From a virus (lineage: Duplodnaviria; Heunggongvirae; Uroviricota; Caudoviricetes), in IMG/VR virus record IMGVR_UViG_3300020045_008999, positions 532,786 to 596,785 of that record: 64,000 nucleotides of DNA. One strand, given 5' to 3'. The number at the start of each line of letters is the position of its first letter. Positions within the stretch are counted from its first letter, which is position 1. This document shows positions 20,049 through 30,405 of this stretch, piece by piece. The notes under the pieces are model-generated. The model ran no database searches. It saw only the letters and a program-made list of their open reading frames with translations, and had not been told where the DNA came from. Both the position numbers and the translations under genes were made by a program.

Positions 20049-20975
20049 ATGAATCAAAATATAAACAAAATACAAATTGGCGATTCGATAAATGATTTAG
20101 TTGTTTCTTCATTTAGTGAAAAAAGTTGCAAATTCACAAACACTTTAGACAATTCAGTAAAGACCATGAGGTGGACAACCGTTAATAAAATGTTATTAAC
20201 TGATTGGAAATCATTAAAGAGCCGTACTAATAAAGACATTTTTGTTGATTTTACAAATAAAAAAACTGTTTTGGATTATTTTAACAGTTTTAATAAATGG
20301 GCCATCGCATTGCGAATGATTAATATAGGCACCCAGATCATAGTTGATGTGTGTGATAATGTTTTATTATATAATGGGATTTATTACGTAGCCGGTCCAA
20401 AAGGATATGGTGATAAACAAGAAATACCGAATGGACTTTATTGTGTGCGGGTATATGAACTGAAATCACAAACATATAATGCTATAAATAACGTATATGT
20501 TTTTGAGGTCATTGAAAAAGTTACCCTAGAACAAATTAAAGATGCGAACTATCGCAACACAAGATCATATAGAGATATGTCCGATGGGGAATTATTTGAA
20601 TATTTTAATTCAATTGACTTATTTAAAGTATCTGGGAGGGAACTTGATTTCATTAAATCTAATATGATTTTATTTTTTGATAAATATTTACCATATACCG
20701 CTAAAAATGGTGTGGTTATAAATAAATGGTTGAATTTCAAATCCCCATTGGTATGTAATCGGTCCGGTTTAATATACATTGATAATACCGGTGGGCCAAG
20801 TAAATGGAGTGAATTGCAGTATGGTCTTACCATCCGATTCAATCCTAGTTTTTCGAACGAATCGTGTTATTCACAATCAATTTCAATAAACAGTTTAGGC
20901 CCCGAAGCACTGGAAGCTGCTGCAAATGTGATACAAAAATCTTGTGATTTATATAAAGCTAAAGCATTATCTTAA
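20049..20975 (+). CDS. Hypothetical protein
   Basis: 308-aa ORF; TATATTTG at 20013-20020. Confidence 0.65.
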   Translation: MNQNINKIQIGDSINDLVVSSFSEKSCKFTNTLDNSVKTMRWTTVNKMLLTDWKSLKSRTNKDIFVDFTNKKTVLDYFNSFNKWAIALRMINIGTQIIVDVCDNVLLYNGIYYVAGPKGYGDKQEIPNGLYCVRVYELKSQTYNAINNVYVFEVIEKVTLEQIKDANYRNTRSYRDMSDGELFEYFNSIDLFKVSGRELDFIKSNMILFFDKYLPYTAKNGVVINKWLNFKSPLVCNRSGLIYIDNTGGPSKWSELQYGLTIRFNPSFSNESCYSQSISINSLGPEALEAAANVIQKSCDLYKAKALS

Positions 20976-20980
20976 AAATT

Positions 20981-21601
20981 ATGGACACTAGCACTGAGGT
21001 ATTTTACCAACACCATCTAGTTGATGTAGAACCGGTTAGGGTAAAAATTATCCAATCATATAAACACCGCGTTGAAATTTGTAGAGATTTTAATAGCAAC
21101 AGTGGGTTCTTTGTGGATAAAACGGAATTAATTTATATTACTAAAAAAAATATGACACTTAAAAAAGGCAATCCAATATTATTGGAATCTAACAAACCCA
21201 CATTTAAATTAGTGATTTGGTTTGATGTAAATGACCACCCAGTCAGTGAGACCATTTTAATTGATGAATTTTTATATAATTCAGATACTAAATTCAGAAG
21301 CTCGGTCGATCTGCTATTGATTAATTTACGATTCGCTATTGAATTAGATGCAAAGGGTCGTCGAGGATATGACGAGATATGGAGAATGCTGCATTATCAC
21401 TATGGCGAAACCACCATTGGATGTTATCTAAAATCAATTTCTGATGAAGATGACAAATTACATGAAGATGCAACTGAATACCCGGTATTGCGTTTCGAAA
21501 TTCCAAAAGAATCCGATAGTGGTTTTTATGGATATTTTACTAGATGCGAACTTACTTATTTTGATGAAACGGGACGAGAGCACACTGCATCATTTGAATA
21601 A
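20981..21601 (+). CDS. Hypothetical protein
   Basis: ORF in operon. Confidence 0.6.
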   Translation: MDTSTEVFYQHHLVDVEPVRVKIIQSYKHRVEICRDFNSNSGFFVDKTELIYITKKNMTLKKGNPILLESNKPTFKLVIWFDVNDHPVSETILIDEFLYNSDTKFRSSVDLLLINLRFAIELDAKGRRGYDEIWRMLHYHYGETTIGCYLKSISDEDDKLHEDATEYPVLRFEIPKESDSGFYGYFTRCELTYFDETGREHTASFE

Positions 21602-21668
21602 TAACTAATCGAGTAAAATTATTAACACGCAGCAAGACTATACAAGTCACTGTTATAAAACATCTATT

Positions 21669-21941
21669 ATGTATAATGCAAAAGACATCAAATTTACTGG
21701 CAAGCACGATTATGATAAAGAAAATTCATTGAGTGAAGCTGGGTGGAATAAAACATTTTCAGTTGGTATTTTTAAATGGGAATTAAAAAGCAATGGGAAA
21801 TCAATGAAGAAAGGGAAAATTGTTGTCCGGGTATCTGGGCTAGTTGAGCATAAAGAAAGAGTTTTTGACTATGCTGAAAAAGTAGTAAAGGATCTAGATT
21901 CGGATTCATGGGATGGTAGAAAGACCGTTTCTGTAAAATAG
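21669..21941 (+). CDS. Hypothetical protein (possible cassette gene)
   Basis: Preceded by CTGTTATAAAAC, followed by GTTTATAAAC. Confidence 0.6.
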   Translation: MYNAKDIKFTGKHDYDKENSLSEAGWNKTFSVGIFKWELKSNGKSMKKGKIVVRVSGLVEHKERVFDYAEKVVKDLDSDSWDGRKTVSVK

Positions 21942-21967
21942 TTTATAAACTGGATCATAATTTATAT

Positions 21968-22000
21968 AAAAAACCCCCCCCGAGGCATCGGGGGGGTTTT
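21968..22000. terminator. Bidirectional intrinsic terminator
   Basis: AAAAA-C-run-loop-G-run-TTTT between convergent genes. Confidence 0.85.
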
Positions 22001-22004
22001 GTTT

Positions 22005-22766
22005 TTATTTTTTGACCATGTAGAAAAATGCTACTTGGCTCATGTTTTTTATTTCTTCTTCGACTTCTTTCATTTCTTCACCACCTTGACTAACCATATC
22101 TGATGAATTATAAGTTACACCACCAGGTAAAGTGAATGAGTACCTACCCATTAAGTTACCGGCTTGTTTTTTGGCCCATCCAATAACATACTTCTGGAAC
22201 AAATCATCCGCATATAGAAATTCAGGTTGAATGTTTGCATATACCTCTAATATCAAATCATATTTAACCCTAGTCAATACATTCAATTGACTATTCATTT
22301 CATTAAAATGAAATTTGGTAGTGTATAAATTCATCTGATTCAACATATCTGACATCGATGTTAATATGGTTTTATACACCCCGAGCTCGCCTATGGTACT
22401 AATATAACTACTCAGGTAGGGAGTATTGTTGCTCGAACCCATGTTAACTGATAGGTTAGGTGAGTTCATTCCCAACTGAAATAAAGACTCACTTCGCATC
22501 TGGTAAATGTAGCTAATCGATTGAATTTCGCACGGTAGTGTAAGGTAACTGAATTTTGTATATTCCTCAGTTTCGAACGCTTGTTTTGAAACATAGTAAT
22601 ACATTTTACTCAGTGCATATTGATAATTACGATAAAACCATTTTGCTGCCCTTGTTTCTACAAATAATCGAATCGAATTATCCGGAAGTGTTTTTGGTAA
22701 AGTACAACCAAATGTAATATCCATTTGTACAATATCAATAAGCTCTTCGATAGTAAGTGAATTCAT
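22005..22766 (-). CDS. T4 gp13-like neck (head-tail adaptor) protein
   Basis: C-terminal GRYSFTLPGGVTYN...EEMKEVEEEI; TTTAATATATA at 22790-22800 (minus). Confidence 0.75.
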   Translation of the reverse strand: MNSLTIEELIDIVQMDITFGCTLPKTLPDNSIRLFVETRAAKWFYRNYQYALSKMYYYVSKQAFETEEYTKFSYLTLPCEIQSISYIYQMRSESLFQLGMNSPNLSVNMGSSNNTPYLSSYISTIGELGVYKTILTSMSDMLNQMNLYTTKFHFNEMNSQLNVLTRVKYDLILEVYANIQPEFLYADDLFQKYVIGWAKKQAGNLMGRYSFTLPGGVTYNSSDMVSQGGEEMKEVEEEIKNMSQVAFFYMVKK

Positions 22767-22871
22767 GATCAGTAATAATTTTTATAATCTATATATTAAA
22801 ATCTGAAACTAGATACATCGCCTAGATCTAATCCAATATTTTTATATATAGGTGTAAACTATATTTTACCA

Positions 22872-23897
22872 ATGTTATTACATATTAAAAATTTCAAATC
22901 ATTCTTAAATGAAAATTTACAACTTGCTAATAAGGTGTTTTTCAATACCGGTGAATTAGATGAAGATGAAAAGGAAGCTGTGTTGAGAATTACCAATGGT
23001 GATAGTTACACCAATGTTATGTCCGGCATATTACATCTTTTCAAAAAAGGGGAATATAAATGGAATGGGGTTGATGATTTGGGATTTTATTATAAGTGTT
23101 TGAAAAAATATGACAAAATGGTATTCCCTATTGTAGATTTTAATAGTGTGGACACGGTTAACGTTGATTCGGATTTCATAGGTTCATTACTGATAAGAGA
23201 CAAAATTATCAAAGAAATGGAAAAGATACCATCCGTTGGTATTAGAAATTTAAAATACGAAATACGAACACCAAGAGCTTATCAAGATCTCTCTAGGTAT
23301 TTCGATTTGTTGGAATACTTCATTCCACATCTCAGTTATTTATCGAACCGCCCACTGGAAGTTCGTAATAAGATATGTGACAAAATGTTCCGTAACAACA
23401 CATCAATGGATAAATTAATTGATTTCGTTGAGACCAAGGAAAATTTGATCGGTGGCATACCAATTACCAGAGAAGATATTTTAGAAATGGTAGATGAATA
23501 TAGTTATGATCTAAGTATTATACACAATGATGGAAATTATATGGTGGTAGCGGTTGAGTCGCTTGACGGTATCAACCAAATAGGGGCCAATTCGTTATGG
23601 TGTTTTACATATGGACATTCAAACTACACAGACTGGAACCGATATTCATATAATGACACCGTTTATGTAATAATTGACTTTAGTGTGTCTAGCGAAGACT
23701 CATCTTTCATGCACGTTATAATTAAACCCATTCAGTTTGATGTAAACGATGAAGAAGATCAGAATGGTGAAGATGACGAAATCAATGCGGAAACTATTTT
23801 TGATATGGCTAACAATTCATTATATAGACCATTAAATTTTTTAGGACAAAGCATTGGTTTGGAAAAGGCAGAAGAATTACTGACATTCAATTATTAA
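22872..23897 (+). CDS. Putative internal head protein
   Basis: MLLHIKNFKSFLNE N-terminus; TTTTATATATA at 22840-22850; GANSLWCF motif. Confidence 0.55.
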   Translation: MLLHIKNFKSFLNENLQLANKVFFNTGELDEDEKEAVLRITNGDSYTNVMSGILHLFKKGEYKWNGVDDLGFYYKCLKKYDKMVFPIVDFNSVDTVNVDSDFIGSLLIRDKIIKEMEKIPSVGIRNLKYEIRTPRAYQDLSRYFDLLEYFIPHLSYLSNRPLEVRNKICDKMFRNNTSMDKLIDFVETKENLIGGIPITREDILEMVDEYSYDLSIIHNDGNYMVVAVESLDGINQIGANSLWCFTYGHSNYTDWNRYSYNDTVYVIIDFSVSSEDSSFMHVIIKPIQFDVNDEEDQNGEDDEINAETIFDMANNSLYRPLNFLGQSIGLEKAEELLTFNY

Positions 23898-24202
23898 CCA
23901 TGCCGAATTAACCCAAACGCATTGATGTTTAATTCATCTCGTACCTTGATACACTGATCTAGTATTTTTTGGTTGTGTTTGCTACCAGTTGGCACCCTGT
24001 GTTTAAATATAAATATGGTTTGTAGACTTTTAATATTTATAAATGGTATTTTCTGTTTATTATATTTGAATGCCATGGCCAATGCGATAAATCCCATTGT
24101 AATTTCATCCGCAATAATACCAGAACGTTCAAAAATTATTTTATCTTTGTATCTTGATCGGAATCCGGTATCGAATATTTCTATATACATTCCATTATTC
24201 AT
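23894..24202 (-). CDS. Hypothetical protein
   Basis: ORF with AAACTTT-N14-GTAAAA upstream (24208-24234). Confidence 0.5.
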   Translation of the reverse strand: MNNGMYIEIFDTGFRSRYKDKIIFERSGIIADEITMGFIALAMAFKYNKQKIPFINIKSLQTIFIFKHRVPTGSKHNQKILDQCIKVRDELNINAFGLIRHG

Positions 24203-24245
24203 ATTAGTTTTACTAATATATAACTAAAAAGTTTATTCTTTCAAT

Positions 24246-24611
24246 ATGTCCAAACACACAATGCAAAAGCTTTCAGATTATCATAAAAATTGGTCAACTT
24301 TATTTGGGGAGATAGTTTCAAATAAGAAAAATGAATATAGAGAATTCATTATTAAATTTACTATCGAAATAAATAATACTAAAGAGGCCAGAGAAGTATT
24401 GATAAAATACGCGAAAGGACTTCCGGTATCTGAACAAGAAATTGTTTTTTTCAAAAAACAGGTAGTTGAAGTAGCTAAAGGAATTGGACTAGGTATTCCA
24501 GTTGTGTTACTACCTGGTGGTATAATCCTATTAGCATTTATTGTGTGGTTATCAAACAAATTCGGGATAGACATATTACCATCATATTTAAAACAAAAAA
24601 AGGAAGAATAA
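24246..24611 (+). CDS. Membrane protein, LETM1-like helix pattern
   Basis: GLGIPVVLLPGGIILL...ILPSYL. Confidence 0.5.
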   Translation: MSKHTMQKLSDYHKNWSTLFGEIVSNKKNEYREFIIKFTIEINNTKEAREVLIKYAKGLPVSEQEIVFFKKQVVEVAKGIGLGIPVVLLPGGIILLAFIVWLSNKFGIDILPSYLKQKKEE

Positions 24612-24626
24612 ATCTTCCTTTTTCTA

Positions 24627-25097
24627 TTATTTGAACATTTCAAATACTTTGAAAAACTCGGTTTTGTCATAATCTGATATTTTGGTACCCGTTATTTTTT
24701 TATATGGCGTGAAAAAAAGATCACCAAATACGGTCAAACCAATAAATCTGGACCAGGTTGAATAAACCGATCCACCCATACGTTCCATTTCTAATGCATA
24801 TATCATATCTGCATACCATTTAACTTTGATATCTACCGCCACTTTATAGGTCAAGTATATATAATCGTGTATCATTGCATGAATATCCAGCCCTGGTAAA
24901 ATAGTTAAGTCTTTGACAATGGTTGCACCATCATATTTACCGGGATTGATAACGAAAAAATCAAAGGCTGTTAAATAGAATTTCACCACACTTTCATCGC
25001 GTTGCCAAATATCTTTTAATAAGAATTCCAATTGATATCTCTTCAAATCCAAGATTTCTTTTCCTTGTATAAAGAAATAGTTTTTACTTCCAAACAT
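24627..25097 (-). CDS. DUF1353-like protein
   Basis: YDGAT...AMIHDYIY...ADMIY; late-type motif at 25118-25128. Confidence 0.55.
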   Translation of the reverse strand: MFGSKNYFFIQGKEILDLKRYQLEFLLKDIWQRDESVVKFYLTAFDFFVINPGKYDGATIVKDLTILPGLDIHAMIHDYIYLTYKVAVDIKVKWYADMIYALEMERMGGSVYSTWSRFIGLTVFGDLFFTPYKKITGTKISDYDKTEFFKVFEMFK

Positions 25098-25190
25098 ATA
25101 TTTAAATTACTTTTACCTATATATTAAATCTGCCAAATACAAAACAGTATACTACTTTTTATATATACTACAAATAACATAATTCTATCA

Positions 25191-25739
25191 ATGCATATCA
25201 ATAATTTTATTCAATTTTTAAACGAAAATAATTCCAATCTGGACGAACAAATTAAGGAACTGATGATGGGTGGTAACGATCTCGAACACTTCATGGAAGC
25301 ACTTGAGTTAAAGTACGGTGATACAATATCTTTATATCATGCCACCACATTAGAAAATGCTGAAATTATCGATCAACAGGGCTTCAAATTGACATACGGA
25401 AAGAATTATAAATCATTTGCGCACGAAGAAATAATCTATTTTCAAATAGCCAAGAGTGATTATGTCGCTACTAATAGACCAGTGTTGTACCGACTAGACG
25501 TGCCTATTGACTTTATTGGATCATATGCTGAGGCAGACATGGACAATGTAAGTGATGTTGATACACTGATAGAATCACTTGGGGTGAATACGGATGACAT
25601 GTATTCCGAATTCCGAGATTACTTCAAATATTATGTTTGGAATGATATGAGCTTTGATGGCATGGAATTATTGATAACGGATCGAAGTGGTGAAGAAATT
25701 GACATTTTCGAAGGTTTGGTACCAATTAAAGTTTCATAA
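25191..25739 (+). CDS. Putative ADP-ribosyltransferase-fold internal head protein
   Basis: MHINNFIQFLNE leader; LYHAT...IIDQQGF...IYF. Confidence 0.45.
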   Translation: MHINNFIQFLNENNSNLDEQIKELMMGGNDLEHFMEALELKYGDTISLYHATTLENAEIIDQQGFKLTYGKNYKSFAHEEIIYFQIAKSDYVATNRPVLYRLDVPIDFIGSYAEADMDNVSDVDTLIESLGVNTDDMYSEFRDYFKYYVWNDMSFDGMELLITDRSGEEIDIFEGLVPIKVS

Positions 25740-25794
25740 TTTTATGATATAACTAAACTTTTATTATACATTTTAGTATAATAAAAAAAGTAAA

Positions 25795-26289
25795 TTGTAT
25801 ATGACAGTAAGTGTGAAACCAAGTGACTTGGTAAAAAGATGTTTATGGGACATGTATGTATATTATGTTGTTGGATCAGAAAAAATAGCGGAAGAAATTC
25901 TCAAAGAAGATATCGAGTTCGAAATATCCGAAACGGATGCTATAGTTATTGGGTTATTGAAATGTATTGAAACTAATAATCTTATACATAAATTCAATGA
26001 ACATATGATACACATGTTGAGTGTTAAATCATCTAAAAATGAAAATAGTTTGTTCATTAGAAAGAAAACCGTAGAAACCACTATCGAAAAATTTATTGGA
26101 AAGTTTCCAGACTATTGGAATATGCCATTGGATTATAAAGTAGGCTTTTCAGATCTTCTAGTATATGTTACCGACTTACAGGCGAGTATAGAAAATTTAG
26201 AAGTTCATAAAATGACTTTCCAGAATTGTGTATATGAGTCCTATTCGAGTGCAGCTGTTAAGAAAATATTAAACTTTATACATTATTAA
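25795..26289 (+). CDS. Hypothetical protein
   Basis: ORF; AAACTTT-N14-GTATAA at 25755-25781. Confidence 0.6.
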   Translation: MYMTVSVKPSDLVKRCLWDMYVYYVVGSEKIAEEILKEDIEFEISETDAIVIGLLKCIETNNLIHKFNEHMIHMLSVKSSKNENSLFIRKKTVETTIEKFIGKFPDYWNMPLDYKVGFSDLLVYVTDLQASIENLEVHKMTFQNCVYESYSSAAVKKILNFIHY

Positions 26290-26291
26290 CT

Positions 26292-26762
26292 ATGGAAGAA
26301 ATCATTAATATCATATTAAATACCCCAAATGATACTGAGTTAGGTACCGCTATTCGAAATTTATATTACGAATCACCGGAACTTTTTGATCAAAATGATA
26401 AATATCTAAGATTGTTTGCAGAGTTTGACAACTTCAAAAAACGTTCCTATAAAGAGCGTGGGGATATTGAGAACCGGGCTAAGATGGATGCAATTGATCC
26501 GTTGCTGGAATTATATGATGATTTATATTATTCGCTTAAAAACAGCCCAGTGGACAATGACGGCATACAAATAGTGTATGATAAATTGGGGAGAAAATTA
26601 TTGACGATCGGTATTGTTGAAGTGTCCACTGAAATTTATGATTCCGAAGTACATGAAGTGATTAGTGTAATTGGAACCGGGAAAGAAATTATTGATGTTG
26701 TATCAAAGGGATATAGCATTAATGGGGTTATATATCGCTATCCGAAAGTAGTTCTAGGGTAA
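26292..26762 (+). CDS. grpE: GrpE nucleotide exchange factor
   Basis: YLRLFAEFDNFKKR, HEVI, VVSKGY...RYPKVV. Confidence 0.85.
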   Translation: MEEIINIILNTPNDTELGTAIRNLYYESPELFDQNDKYLRLFAEFDNFKKRSYKERGDIENRAKMDAIDPLLELYDDLYYSLKNSPVDNDGIQIVYDKLGRKLLTIGIVEVSTEIYDSEVHEVISVIGTGKEIIDVVSKGYSINGVIYRYPKVVLG

Positions 26763-26769
26763 GTATTTT

Positions 26770-26811
26770 AATACGCAAAAAAAATTTATTATTAATTTCT
26801 TTTTGCGTATT
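26770..26811. promoter_or_regulatory. Inverted repeat upstream of cas3 (terminator or operator)
   Basis: AATACGCAAAAA ... TTTTTGCGTATT perfect 12-bp arms. Confidence 0.55.
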
Positions 26812-26865
26812 TTTTTATTAAATTAAGATCGTAATTTAGCCAACTTAAAAATTAAAGAAACATAA

Positions 26866-29241
26866 ATGAACGAACAAATAATAGATTTAAAGGAAAATAA
26901 TAAAAAAATATTAGGCAAAAGAACAAACAACACGGAAGTTCCATTAATAGACCACATGAACCAGGTAAAGGATAAGGCAGAAATGATAAAGGGTAAATTT
27001 TACTATGATAGATACAACGGGCCCAAACGTCATTATAGTGATGCTCTGTTAACCGCTGCACAATTTCATGATATAGGCAAAGCTAATCCGGTATTCCAAC
27101 TAAAAGTAATGATGACCAAACAAGACTTTGAAGATACCGAACTCATGACAGATGTAAAATATAAAAATGGTATTATACTAACTAATAAATTCAGACATAA
27201 TGAGATCGGTGCGGCATTTATGTATATTTGGACCAACGTAGAATATGAAGTAGTTAAATTGATATATTGGCACCATGGGATTTCGAAAAATAACCAGATC
27301 AATAAGACTGGGTTTAGTGAGATATTGAAAGGGGTTGATGTTGAACAAATGAAGAATATTGTCCGTGAATTAAACCCTGATATATTACTAACGGAACCCA
27401 AAGACAGTATTAACTGCCCTACCTTTTACACTACTAACATGAACATAGCTAATATCGCACTACATGAAGATGATAGTGATTTCATGACTACATTAAGTTA
27501 CTTAATAAGTGCGGACAGAATGGTATCTGGTTCATCGATTAACATTTCGAATGTAATTAATAAACAACCAGTGACTACATATACTAATCCATACAACAAT
27601 GACCGATTTGCTGATCAAGAAAGAATTGCAATGGATGCTACTCATGTAGAAGGCGGCGAAGATAAGCGAGTTACACAAATCAATGCGCCTGGTGGATTTG
27701 GCAAAACCATGGTTGGGTTATTGTGGAGTTTGAAGTCTGATAAAAGGCTAATTTGGGTTTGTCCAAGAAATTTTATTACTGAAAATATTTACGAATCGAT
27801 AAAAAAAGAACTCAAGCTTCTTAATGTCAAATACAAGGTATCGTGTATTATTGCCGGTGAAGTCACTCGATCTAATTATGAAGAACTTGGTATTGTCAAC
27901 GAACCAAACATCTATGAATCGGATATAGTTGTAACTAATATAGATTCATATTTACGCCCAAATTACGAACTAAACAATGTACATGCTTCATTGAATATTC
28001 TAAATGCTGATGTGATTTTTGACGAGTATCACGAATTGATATCTAAGAGTGGTGGAATATTTGCACTATTTTCTAAAATACTGAAAGCTAGAAATTCCTA
28101 TTCTAAACATGGCAAAACTCTTTTATTGTCCGCAACACCCATCGATTTTTCAAGTCGTTGGCATGTAAAATATGGTGGTGGTTCCTATATATTACCCTCA
28201 AACGACGGACATTATCCACCAATACATGATAAGAAATACAAAGTAACGGTGACCATTGATCAGAAGATTGTCAAAATTAATGACTTGACACTATATGTAA
28301 AAAATACAATAAAGAGTGCTCAAGAATTGGCCATTTACTATAAACATTCTAATTTATTACATCACAAGTTCCAAGAAGTCGACAAAGAAAGAATATTTGG
28401 TGAAATGATACGTTCGTATGGTGCCGGCGGCAAATATAAGAAACAACATAATTTACCTGGGTTTATAGGAACCCATGTAATACAATCATCATTAGATATA
28501 TCGTTCAAACATATGGTTGAAGACGTTATATCACCATCAGCCAGTATGCAACGTTTTTCTAGATGTGATCGAGCAGGGGATTACGATAGTGTTCAATTCG
28601 GACAATCTGAGGTGACATTCAATTTAAACACGGATAAAAGTAGTGAGACAATTTCTGAAATATTATATGAATCAGATTTAACAATTCTTTGGCACGGATA
28701 TTTACGAATACATCATCAGCCTCAAATGACAATTGCCGAACTTTATACGCTATACCGTGATTTTAATAGAGTTTATAGTTCTTCAATTACTAATTGGGTA
28801 AGTGACTGCTATAATGATTCTAATAATAATCTATTAGCGATATACCCAATAAAGTATTTCAAGCAGAAAGCCAACAAAAATAAAAATAGCGTTCCAAATA
28901 ATATAATGCGGTCAGATAGTAACCATGTAGCATACACATGTCTTCTAGATGATGGATCTGGAAATTATATGCTCCCATTATCACAAGGTTTGTATAAAAA
29001 TAGTTACCCACAAACTTTTAAAGAGCCAGGTGATTGGAGGGAATGTATGGTTAATTTTATAGAAGAACAAAATAAATTACCAAACTCAATATTTGATTTT
29101 AGTAAATATAAAAATAAAGGAAATAAGGTTCTAGTATGGACTGATGATAATATGCGAAAAAGCTTTAGAAATTACGACACACCATATTTATCGGTAAATG
29201 ATGTATATTCGCCAATATATGGTGTAATACGTAATAAATAA
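26866..29241 (+). CDS. cas3: CRISPR-associated nuclease/helicase Cas3 (HD + SF2)
   Basis: LIDH, FHDIGKANPVFQ, RHNE, WHHG, SAD; APGGFGKT, DEYH, SATP, NTI, SLDISF, QRFSRCDR; adjacent to Cascade genes and array. Confidence 0.93.
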   Translation: MNEQIIDLKENNKKILGKRTNNTEVPLIDHMNQVKDKAEMIKGKFYYDRYNGPKRHYSDALLTAAQFHDIGKANPVFQLKVMMTKQDFEDTELMTDVKYKNGIILTNKFRHNEIGAAFMYIWTNVEYEVVKLIYWHHGISKNNQINKTGFSEILKGVDVEQMKNIVRELNPDILLTEPKDSINCPTFYTTNMNIANIALHEDDSDFMTTLSYLISADRMVSGSSINISNVINKQPVTTYTNPYNNDRFADQERIAMDATHVEGGEDKRVTQINAPGGFGKTMVGLLWSLKSDKRLIWVCPRNFITENIYESIKKELKLLNVKYKVSCIIAGEVTRSNYEELGIVNEPNIYESDIVVTNIDSYLRPNYELNNVHASLNILNADVIFDEYHELISKSGGIFALFSKILKARNSYSKHGKTLLLSATPIDFSSRWHVKYGGGSYILPSNDGHYPPIHDKKYKVTVTIDQKIVKINDLTLYVKNTIKSAQELAIYYKHSNLLHHKFQEVDKERIFGEMIRSYGAGGKYKKQHNLPGFIGTHVIQSSLDISFKHMVEDVISPSASMQRFSRCDRAGDYDSVQFGQSEVTFNLNTDKSSETISEILYESDLTILWHGYLRIHHQPQMTIAELYTLYRDFNRVYSSSITNWVSDCYNDSNNNLLAIYPIKYFKQKANKNKNSVPNNIMRSDSNHVAYTCLLDDGSGNYMLPLSQGLYKNSYPQTFKEPGDWRECMVNFIEEQNKLPNSIFDFSKYKNKGNKVLVWTDDNMRKSFRNYDTPYLSVNDVYSPIYGVIRNK

Positions 29242-29261
29242 TTTTTTATTAGCCAGTATGT

Positions 29262-29282
29262 CAAATATAACTATTATATTTG
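29262..29282 (+). promoter_or_regulatory. Palindromic TAnnTTTG promoter upstream of cas7
   Basis: CAAATATAA-CTA-TTATATTTG. Confidence 0.55.
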
Positions 29283-29313
29283 CTTCATTAATAAATAATC
29301 TTAGTAAAACATT

Positions 29314-30405
29314 ATGAAAAACAACGTACAGAACATTCTTTTTAGAGTGAAATTGAAGGGAAATGGTATTGTGAATTTTGATTCGGATAATCAAAAATGG
29401 GATTTAGTTAAACATGGTATAAAACATTTGGTTCCCACCGATGATAATAATCAAATGGTGAGTAATACGAAATATGCCAAGAAACGTTTTTTCAAAGATG
29501 CTGATGGCAATCCATCTTACAAAATCGCGATATCGTCAACGTGTTTAGGTAAGGCTATATATGCAGACCACCTTGAAATTACTACGCCGATGATCGGAGT
29601 GAATGACATTTTATTTATGGGATGTGTGGCTAGTCCCGCGTCATTATTGCGTGGCTATGTACAAACTCGTGGTAAGAATTCTGTATCATATAATCGAAAG
29701 GGCACAGTGACACTAAGTGATGCAGTCCAGTCAAACGGTGCTATATCTTCAGTAGAAACTATGACCAAAGCCGGATCCAGAAGTGCAACTTCATTATATA
29801 ACCAAGAAAATGTAAGTGATATAGAGTATGAAGCAACTGGTATAATGAATTTACAAGAAATGCAATTCTATTCGGTGGATACATTACATTCCCGAGCTAT
29901 GTTTTCTGATGATTTATTTCCAATGTTTTCCAAATTAATTAAGTCGCGTATGCCGGAATTTGATTCAGAAATAGGGTATTATACTTTGAAGACTTGCGAA
30001 GCTAAGATACCAGAAAAGGGATTTGTCATTAACGATGAATGTATGTTACATTTGGTTAAGTTTTATTTCTCTAATTTGATCAGAGCTAAAATAACAAGAG
30101 CTCATGGACATGCTGCTGTACACGAAGTTGAATATAAACTGGTAACTGATACGGTTTATGGTGGCATGAATGATACAAGTGATTGGATAAAAATCAAATC
30201 ACAATCATGCATTGATTCAATGTCTTTTGGTACAAAAGAATGGTACCAAGAATATAGTGATTCTGAAAGTGATTCAATTAGAAGTCTAATTGATGTAGTT
30301 GAAGTAACTACTAAAGAAAATAAAAAGAAAAAAAACGAAGAAGCATCTGCTAGAAAGGCAGCGGCCGCTGAGACACGTCTTAAAAATAAAGATGATGGGA
30401 AATAA
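29314..30405 (+). CDS. cas7: Cas7 backbone subunit, type I-Fv (I-F2)-like
   Basis: FRVKLKGNGIVN, ISSTC, ASLLRGYV, AGSRSATS, EMQFYSVD, GFVIND are colinear with recalled Cas7fv motifs (FKIKALGHGVVN, ISQNC, GLIRGYV, AGARDSTS, QLQFISLD, GILLND). Confidence 0.85.
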   Translation: MKNNVQNILFRVKLKGNGIVNFDSDNQKWDLVKHGIKHLVPTDDNNQMVSNTKYAKKRFFKDADGNPSYKIAISSTCLGKAIYADHLEITTPMIGVNDILFMGCVASPASLLRGYVQTRGKNSVSYNRKGTVTLSDAVQSNGAISSVETMTKAGSRSATSLYNQENVSDIEYEATGIMNLQEMQFYSVDTLHSRAMFSDDLFPMFSKLIKSRMPEFDSEIGYYTLKTCEAKIPEKGFVINDECMLHLVKFYFSNLIRAKITRAHGHAAVHEVEYKLVTDTVYGGMNDTSDWIKIKSQSCIDSMSFGTKEWYQEYSDSESDSIRSLIDVVEVTTKENKKKKNEEASARKAAAAETRLKNKDDGK

